Source: an archaeon
Lineage (GTDB): Archaea; Nanobdellota; Nanobdellia; Pacearchaeales; GW2011-AR1
NCBI GenBank assembly: GCA_018693315.1
Contig: JABHLR010000002.1
Span: forward strand, 2,445 to 66,444
DNA length: 64,000 nucleotides
Direction: 5' to 3'
Position numbers and translations under genes: made by a program. The notes beneath the pieces are model-generated. The model did no database searches, was not told the origin of the DNA, and was given only the letters and a program-made list of their open reading frames with translations. This document shows, in pieces, positions 58,301 through 64,000 of this stretch; position 1 is the stretch's first letter; every line of letters starts with the position of its first letter.

Positions 58301-58550
58301 AGAGTAGTAAACACAGAATGCGAAGGAATGTTCTTCGTAAGGGTCTGCCCCAACCAAATTAAATTATATTAGTGAGGGTATTTCAGGCTCAGGAACAATC
58401 CACTCCGAAAAAGGCGACTTCCAAATCAACGAAGGCGACTCATACTCTTTAGAACAAGGGGAGAAATATTATATTGAAGGTAATAAGTTACTCTTATCCT
58501 TGATTAATGCACCGAAGTGGACGCCTGAACAGCAGAAGGTTGTTGAGTAG
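58301..58550 (+). pseudogene. Cupin-fold gene remnant with 40-nt frameshifting insertion
   Basis: RVVNTECEGMFFV | insert 58340-58379 | ISGSGTIHSEKGDFQINEGD...APKWTPEQ; no start codon. Confidence 0.6.
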
Positions 58551-58568
58551 GTTTTAAGCCTTTCAGCC

Positions 58569-59792
58569 CTAATCACCCTTCATCCATAAATAAACAATTC
58601 CCTGAATAAAGACTAGAGCACCACTAACAACAATTCCCGCAGGAATACCATATTGAGTAAACAAAACTCCCGCAACAAAAATACCAATAGCATTAGCAAC
58701 ATAACCATTTATACTACCAATCGAACCAAGAGACGCCCGAATCTTTGAATCTGAAACATAATGCGAAGCACTATCTCCAATAACCTCAGCAATCCCTAAA
58801 ACAAATATAACAGCTCCTAGTAATATTATCGCATAAGTCAAACTTGAAGAAAGTCCAAACAAGACAATAAAAACCGCAGTAATCGAATAGATAAAAAACA
58901 GATAAGATCCAAATCCCTTAGACAATTTCATTTTCTTTGCCATAAAAGGAATACTCAACGTGATTAACGCAAAGACTGACTGAAACCCAGATAAATGTTC
59001 TGGAAGAAGTTTTAGGCTCTCGACAATCATTAGGGGCATCCCAATCCAAAAGATTCCCCCAGCAATTGCTCCAACAAAACCCCCAAGCATCATAATTTTC
59101 TTATTCCTCCCAGCTTTACTAAAAAGAAATTTATAAGATTCTCCAGCCTTCAAAAAAGATTTTTTAAGATATCCTGCAGGAATTTTTTCTGGCTTAAAGT
59201 TCCTCTCTTCTCCAAACCTCCACATTAAAAACAAAAGCACTAAATATAACACCGCCCCAACTAACCAAATTAATCTAAAGTTAATAGCAATAACAAACAG
59301 CCCTACAAGACCCCCAACCAAAAACCCTCCTTTTTGAAACAAGAATCCCTTAGAAATCAATCTCACTATTCCCTTCTTCTCCTTTCCAACTTTTAGATTA
59401 TCAACAACCCAAGCCCCACCAGCACCAGTATTAAACGTCCAAGCAACTTCACCCATAATCCAAAAAAATGAAATCAGCCAAAAATTACTAACAAGAAAAA
59501 TCCCAAAATAAGCAAAGGCAAGAAGGAAGAATGAAATCATCAAAGATTTTCTTCTAGAATCATAGTCTGCAACAGCTCCAGTTGGGAACTCCATAAAAAC
59601 CGCAATTAAACTAGCAACAGCAAACAGTGTCGTAATCCAAAAAACTGGAATCCCAATAGAAACAAAATAAATAAGAGCCATTGACATAATTAATACTCGC
59701 CTGATTCCTACGACAAACTTCATGCTCGCCCAAACACCAACAGTCTTTCTCTGAAAGCTCTTTGAAGTATCTTGATCGTTTAACTTCTTCAT
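58569..59792 (-). CDS. MFS transporter (paralog of 49466-50656)
   Basis: Shared EFPTGAVADYDSR.KSLMIS and DSKIRASLGSIGSIN. Confidence 0.9.
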   Translation of the reverse strand: MKKLNDQDTSKSFQRKTVGVWASMKFVVGIRRVLIMSMALIYFVSIGIPVFWITTLFAVASLIAVFMEFPTGAVADYDSRRKSLMISFFLLAFAYFGIFLVSNFWLISFFWIMGEVAWTFNTGAGGAWVVDNLKVGKEKKGIVRLISKGFLFQKGGFLVGGLVGLFVIAINFRLIWLVGAVLYLVLLFLMWRFGEERNFKPEKIPAGYLKKSFLKAGESYKFLFSKAGRNKKIMMLGGFVGAIAGGIFWIGMPLMIVESLKLLPEHLSGFQSVFALITLSIPFMAKKMKLSKGFGSYLFFIYSITAVFIVLFGLSSSLTYAIILLGAVIFVLGIAEVIGDSASHYVSDSKIRASLGSIGSINGYVANAIGIFVAGVLFTQYGIPAGIVVSGALVFIQGIVYLWMKGD

Positions 59793-60817
59793 CTCAACGC
59801 CCTCACAACATCAAAATCCTTATACTTCTTGTCAATAATTCCAAACTTCAAACATCTCTTAAACATAGTATTAACATATTTCATATCCCCTTTGATATCA
59901 TTTTTTTCAATAAAAGCAGAATGCAGTTCTTTATCTCTAACCCTCAACAAATGCCAAACAGACCACAAAAATACAGAAAAGGTCTCAATCGGAATACGAA
60001 TATTAATTCTTTCAATCAAATCTTCTTCGTCAACATCTATGTTTTTAAAATATTCATCCAAAAATAATTTCTTTTGATCTTCTTTAAATGGCTTACCAAA
60101 ATCAGAAAAAATATTCGCCAAACTTGTTGCCCTATCGGTAATTTTCAAATCTTCAAAATCAATCAATCTATATTCGCCCCTATTCACAACTATATTTTCT
60201 TCATGAAAATCACCTTGATCCAAAACGATATCAGGAACGTATTTTTTAAATGGAGTTTTTGAATGCAAATTAGAAAAAGATTCATCAATTATTTTCATCA
60301 ATTTTTTACCACCCAATTTTTTACCCAGATCATTAAGATAATATTTCTTTAACATAAAAACCTGCTCCTTATATCCACATAAAAATTCCTTCTTCAACTT
60401 CTTCAACCCTCCATCGATTTTAATTCCATGTAATTCCCCGCATAATTTCCCAAGTTTATGAAACATTTTTGGTTTATAGTATTCAGATATATTATTAAGA
60501 GTCTTCCCATGAATATACGAGATAATAATAAATTCACTATCAAAATATTTTTTTGATTCATCCAGTGTCCATGCCTTAGGGCTAATATCATAAGGCTCAA
60601 GAGATTTCAGAGCATCAAATTCTTTTCTAGATTTATTCTTTTTATCGGGCTCCATATTCATTCTAAATATGAAACTCTTATTATTTGCTTTAACTAAATA
60701 ATTTAAATTAGAAGCTCCCATCCCAAGCTTAGAAACAGAATTAACCTTAACTTTATTCCTTAACCCCAGTTTCTTAGGATTTAATTTTTCAAAATATTTT
60801 TCAATTTCTTTATTCAT
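59789..60817 (-). CDS. APH/choline kinase-family phosphotransferase
   Basis: G.SN.NY, GDFH..N, LIDFE. Confidence 0.85.
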   Translation of the reverse strand: MNKEIEKYFEKLNPKKLGLRNKVKVNSVSKLGMGASNLNYLVKANNKSFIFRMNMEPDKKNKSRKEFDALKSLEPYDISPKAWTLDESKKYFDSEFIIISYIHGKTLNNISEYYKPKMFHKLGKLCGELHGIKIDGGLKKLKKEFLCGYKEQVFMLKKYYLNDLGKKLGGKKLMKIIDESFSNLHSKTPFKKYVPDIVLDQGDFHEENIVVNRGEYRLIDFEDLKITDRATSLANIFSDFGKPFKEDQKKLFLDEYFKNIDVDEEDLIERINIRIPIETFSVFLWSVWHLLRVRDKELHSAFIEKNDIKGDMKYVNTMFKRCLKFGIIDKKYKDFDVVRALR

Positions 60818-61284
60818 CCCAAAACCTTCCCCATTAAAATATAATTACCATCATACTTTGGACTTATTTTCTTAAATCCAAACTTCCCATAAAACTTTGG
60901 CTTATTCGTAGAAAGTGTCACCATCTTCGCAACAGGCTTCCCAAGTTTCCCAATTTCTTCAATCAAACCTTCAATTAATTTACTCCCAATCCCATTCCCC
61001 TGATATTCAGACTTAACATTAATCCAAAAAATATTAACTACATTATTATCAATCCAAGACCTAACAAAACCTCCAAGCCCGATAACTTCTTTCTTATCTT
61101 CCATAACCAAATAAATAGGTTTGTGCAATGCCCCAGAAAACATTTCCATAATCTCTTTCCTTGCCACGCTTACAGGATATTTCGGATTATTAACTCCTAT
61201 AATTTTTAACATTTGAGAAACATCTTTCTTAGTCGCATGCCTAATAATGAACTTTGGCTTATTTGATTTTAATATCTTTTTCAT
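60814..61284 (-). CDS. GNAT N-acetyltransferase
   Basis: V..EYQG.GIG, FY.KFGF. Confidence 0.9.
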   Translation of the reverse strand: MKKILKSNKPKFIIRHATKKDVSQMLKIIGVNNPKYPVSVARKEIMEMFSGALHKPIYLVMEDKKEVIGLGGFVRSWIDNNVVNIFWINVKSEYQGNGIGSKLIEGLIEEIGKLGKPVAKMVTLSTNKPKFYGKFGFKKISPKYDGNYILMGKVLG

Positions 61285-61817
61285 CTAGCCTTCACATAAT
61301 ACAAGTTATCATAAAACTTGCCATTCTTTTGCGCCTCCTTTTTATGTCTACTCTCAAAAACAAAATCACATTTCTCCATCAACTTCACAGATGCCTTATT
61401 AAAACCTCTACATCTTCCAGAAATCTTTCCCAATTTATATTTCTTAAAAACATAATCAACAAACAACTTAGTGGCTCTTCTTGCAATTCCCTTCCCTCTA
61501 AATTCTTTCTGCAAACCAACCCCAATAATTCCTACTGCTTTTTTCCTGTCAAGAGATTCACCATCCAAACTATGCACTCCAACGAAACCAATAAACTTAT
61601 CATTAGAATCAATAGCAAAAAAGACTCCCTTCTTTTTCTTCATCATATCCAATTTTTCTTTTATTTCTTTCTTGGCTTCAATCAAACTTTCAGGAACAGA
61701 ATTAAAATTTCTTCTCGACTCTGCATCTTCATGCATAGCTAACCATCTCTGAGAATCCCCTAGAACAAGACGTCTAAGAATAAACTTCGGGCTACTTGAT
61801 TTTAGTATTATTTTCAT
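61281..61817 (-). CDS. RimJ/RimL-type GNAT
   Basis: FRGKGIA, N.AS..LMEK..F..E. Confidence 0.9.
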   Translation of the reverse strand: MKIILKSSSPKFILRRLVLGDSQRWLAMHEDAESRRNFNSVPESLIEAKKEIKEKLDMMKKKKGVFFAIDSNDKFIGFVGVHSLDGESLDRKKAVGIIGVGLQKEFRGKGIARRATKLFVDYVFKKYKLGKISGRCRGFNKASVKLMEKCDFVFESRHKKEAQKNGKFYDNLYYVKAR

Positions 61818-62572
61818 CTCAATTCATAAAGAACCTTTATCCCCCAATATTTAGATGATATCTTTTCCACATTAATTACTTTCTTCAATTTTAAATTAAG
61901 CTTGAACCCTTCTGATTTTTTTATGATAAGATAATGCCAATCTCTTCCCCGTGACTTTTTTATCTTAAGATTACTAAATTTTTTTAAATATCTCAAAAAA
62001 TCTATCTGTTTCTTATCCTGCCATATCTCGACCATCTTCTTATATTTTTTAGGATGATCATCTCTAAATTCTTGTAACTCTAAAACTGCCAACCCATGGT
62101 TTGTTAAAATCCTATTTACCTCTTCGATAAACAACGCCCTATCGCTAATATATTGCATTGTCGCCTGGCAAAAAACAAAATCAAAACTAGAAGATTTAAA
62201 CGAAAGTTTTTTCCCCGCATCAAACCCCATATAAATTTTAGGTATGTCTTTTTTCTTAAACCCCTGATCCAAAGCATACTCATTAGTTAATTTTTGGTTC
62301 CAATCCTTTTCATAATTCGTACCAAATACTTCTACCTTATCTCCATATTTTCGTTTTAGTTCTAATAAAGCCCTACCAAAACCCGCACCAATTTCTAGGA
62401 TTTTGATTTTTCGTTTATTTTTGAGAATTTCCTCAACATTTCTTGCTATGTTCCCAATCCTTCCCATCGCCCCCTTTAATCCTAAAGATCTCCCAGGTCT
62501 CCAAATTATATTTCCATCTTGACCACTCTTTTTTATCCAATAGTTTTTATCCATCATCAACCCCTCAAACAT
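61814..62572 (-). CDS. Class I SAM-dependent methyltransferase
   Basis: ILEIGAGFG, FD.V.C, E..RIL...G. Confidence 0.85.
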   Translation of the reverse strand: MFEGLMMDKNYWIKKSGQDGNIIWRPGRSLGLKGAMGRIGNIARNVEEILKNKRKIKILEIGAGFGRALLELKRKYGDKVEVFGTNYEKDWNQKLTNEYALDQGFKKKDIPKIYMGFDAGKKLSFKSSSFDFVFCQATMQYISDRALFIEEVNRILTNHGLAVLELQEFRDDHPKKYKKMVEIWQDKKQIDFLRYLKKFSNLKIKKSRGRDWHYLIIKKSEGFKLNLKLKKVINVEKISSKYWGIKVLYELR

Positions 62573-63356
62573 CTATATCACTTTTTAATTTATATCCATC
62601 TACTTCAAAACCACCTAATTTCTCCAAAATATGATTTGTTAATCTTTGATATATCTCAAACATACGCTTCTCATTTTTTATCTCAATTGCTTTAATAAAT
62701 AATTTAACAAACTTCTTGTCGGGGAAATCTTTAACAAGATATTTTTTCTTATCGTTCTCATCAGATAAAAATCTCCAAACCTTATTCGATGATATCTTTA
62801 GAAATCCGATTAACTCACTATATTTTGATAGCATTTCAGCCAGATAATTATAATAAACAAATCTAAAATCCCCTTTACTTGCTTCATAAACTTCTTCTAA
62901 GTTATCTTGCATATCCCATAAAGAATATTTTGCATTTTTAATTTGAAAGTCTGTACCCTTAGAATATTTCTTAGAAAGATAAGATTTTGCCAACTTCTTC
63001 AACTTTCTAGCAATCCCTTTTTTATCTAAAATAATCTTTCCAGTAAAAAACATATGTGGAGCCATTTGCCTTCTACCCTTAAAATCTTCTTCCATATAAG
63101 CTTTAATTTGCTTTGGAGGATTCGCAAAATACTCAACTAAAATCCCATTAATTATTCGATTTCCCCTTTCTCTCCACCTAATTCCCTCGCTTAAAATGAT
63201 TTGCAAATCAATATCTGAATGCTTTGTCGGATTTCCAGTCACATAACTTCCACAAACCACAACACCAATTATATCTTTGTCGTGCCCCCACTCTTCCAAG
63301 AATTTTCCCACAGTCTTTTTTATTATCGTTTTCATCTTATTCCAACTCCTTATCAA
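62565..63356 (-). CDS. Pol-beta-family nucleotidyltransferase with helical C-domain
   Basis: GSY.TG....SDIDL. Confidence 0.85.
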   Translation of the reverse strand: MIRSWNKMKTIIKKTVGKFLEEWGHDKDIIGVVVCGSYVTGNPTKHSDIDLQIILSEGIRWRERGNRIINGILVEYFANPPKQIKAYMEEDFKGRRQMAPHMFFTGKIILDKKGIARKLKKLAKSYLSKKYSKGTDFQIKNAKYSLWDMQDNLEEVYEASKGDFRFVYYNYLAEMLSKYSELIGFLKISSNKVWRFLSDENDKKKYLVKDFPDKKFVKLFIKAIEIKNEKRMFEIYQRLTNHILEKLGGFEVDGYKLKSDIDV

Positions 63357-63681
63357 ACTTTTTTATATGCCTAGCTTTATTCTTCCCAATATATTTCTCA
63401 GATTTTTTCCACCACCGAACCCAAGCATCATCCAAGGACATCTCCTTTCGTCTAGAAATCTGCATCACTAAAACAACCATATCCATTAACTTATTCTGCT
63501 TCTTCAACTTACTCTCAGCCTTTTCATACTCCCTTATCTCTTTCTTCAACGCCAAAACCAGCCTCTTATCAGAAGTCTTATCAAACCCCGCAATCTTCTC
63601 AAAATCATAAATATTTTTAGACATCTTATTAAAATTAGTTTTCAGCCCCATAGAATCTCTAATTATTTTATCCATCACCAT
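63337..63681 (-). CDS. MazG-like all-alpha NTP pyrophosphatase, possibly degenerate
   Basis: L..EI.E ... L.D......I......LD.A....KY. Confidence 0.55.
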   Translation of the reverse strand: MVMDKIIRDSMGLKTNFNKMSKNIYDFEKIAGFDKTSDKRLVLALKKEIREYEKAESKLKKQNKLMDMVVLVMQISRRKEMSLDDAWVRWWKKSEKYIGKNKARHIKKFDKELE

Positions 63682-63682
63682 C

Positions 63683-64000
63683 TTAATTCAACCCAAACCG
63701 TTTATTTAAATCTTCTTTATCAATCACGCAAACAAATCTCTTGTAATAATCATTATCAATAAATTTCATCTTACAATTAAAATCCTTGAAAATTCTTTTT
63801 ATTTCTGACTCACTATAAGCTTCTAAGATAGATTCTTTTTCATTCTCATCATAATAATCAGTCTCGTTATTTCCAACAAATTTCTTTCTTTTCTCTAATC
63901 TCTGATGAAGTTCTGTTTCGGTTTCAGGTCTTAATTGGTCTGAAATAATTAAAGCCTTCTTAGCAGTAGACAATAAATGCTTAATCAATTTCCTAGGATT
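63683..64000 (-). CDS. Probable methyltransferase C-terminal part (truncated by window)
   Basis: Open to the window end; IISD.LRP ... S...AYS..E. Confidence 0.5.
   Translation of the reverse strand, partial: NPRKLIKHLLSTAKKALIISDQLRPETETELHQRLEKRKKFVGNNETDYYDENEKESILEAYSESEIKRIFKDFNCKMKFIDNDYYKRFVCVIDKEDLNKRFGLN

Noticed and set aside
58339-58380. BHB mRNA intron in the cupin gene
   Set aside because: A cttc/gagg helix with gta bulges exists, but excision would remove 41 nt and not restore the frame; flanking helices and the start codon are missing.

Overview
Archaeal chromosome segment, most consistent with a DPANN Nanoarchaeota lineage (Pacearchaeota/Woesearchaeota-like). The lineage call is inference from archaeal-type rpoE'/spt4/eS24/eS31, ScpA, Rpp30, HisRS/PheRS/TyrRS/TrpRS, BHB-intron tRNAs and a tRNA-Ile(UAU). 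The window holds housekeeping genes, four tRNA genes, a tRNA-Glu-anchored tyrosine-recombinase island (~25.1-31.9 kb), an isc-type Fe-S operon and two clusters of small-molecule-modifying enzymes with exporters. The most unusual signals are non-coding. (1) Three tRNA 3' ends are duplicated about 100 bp apart around a long hairpin, and two of these share one covarying hairpin family. (2) The near-invariant tRNA elbow pair G19-C56 is replaced by A19-U56 or U19-A56 in 3 of 4 tRNAs. (3) A 58-nt three-hairpin element occurs both in frame inside the dus gene and in an operon 3' UTR. (4) A second structured repeat flanks a polysaccharide lyase gene, and one copy lies within a ~270-nt multi-stem candidate ncRNA. 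(5) tRNA introns share sequence motifs. (6) Two small upstream ORFs share a CxxC-x5-C motif. A strong GT/AC strand-bias reversal near 25-28 kb suggests a replication terminus. All calls were made by eye, without database searches.
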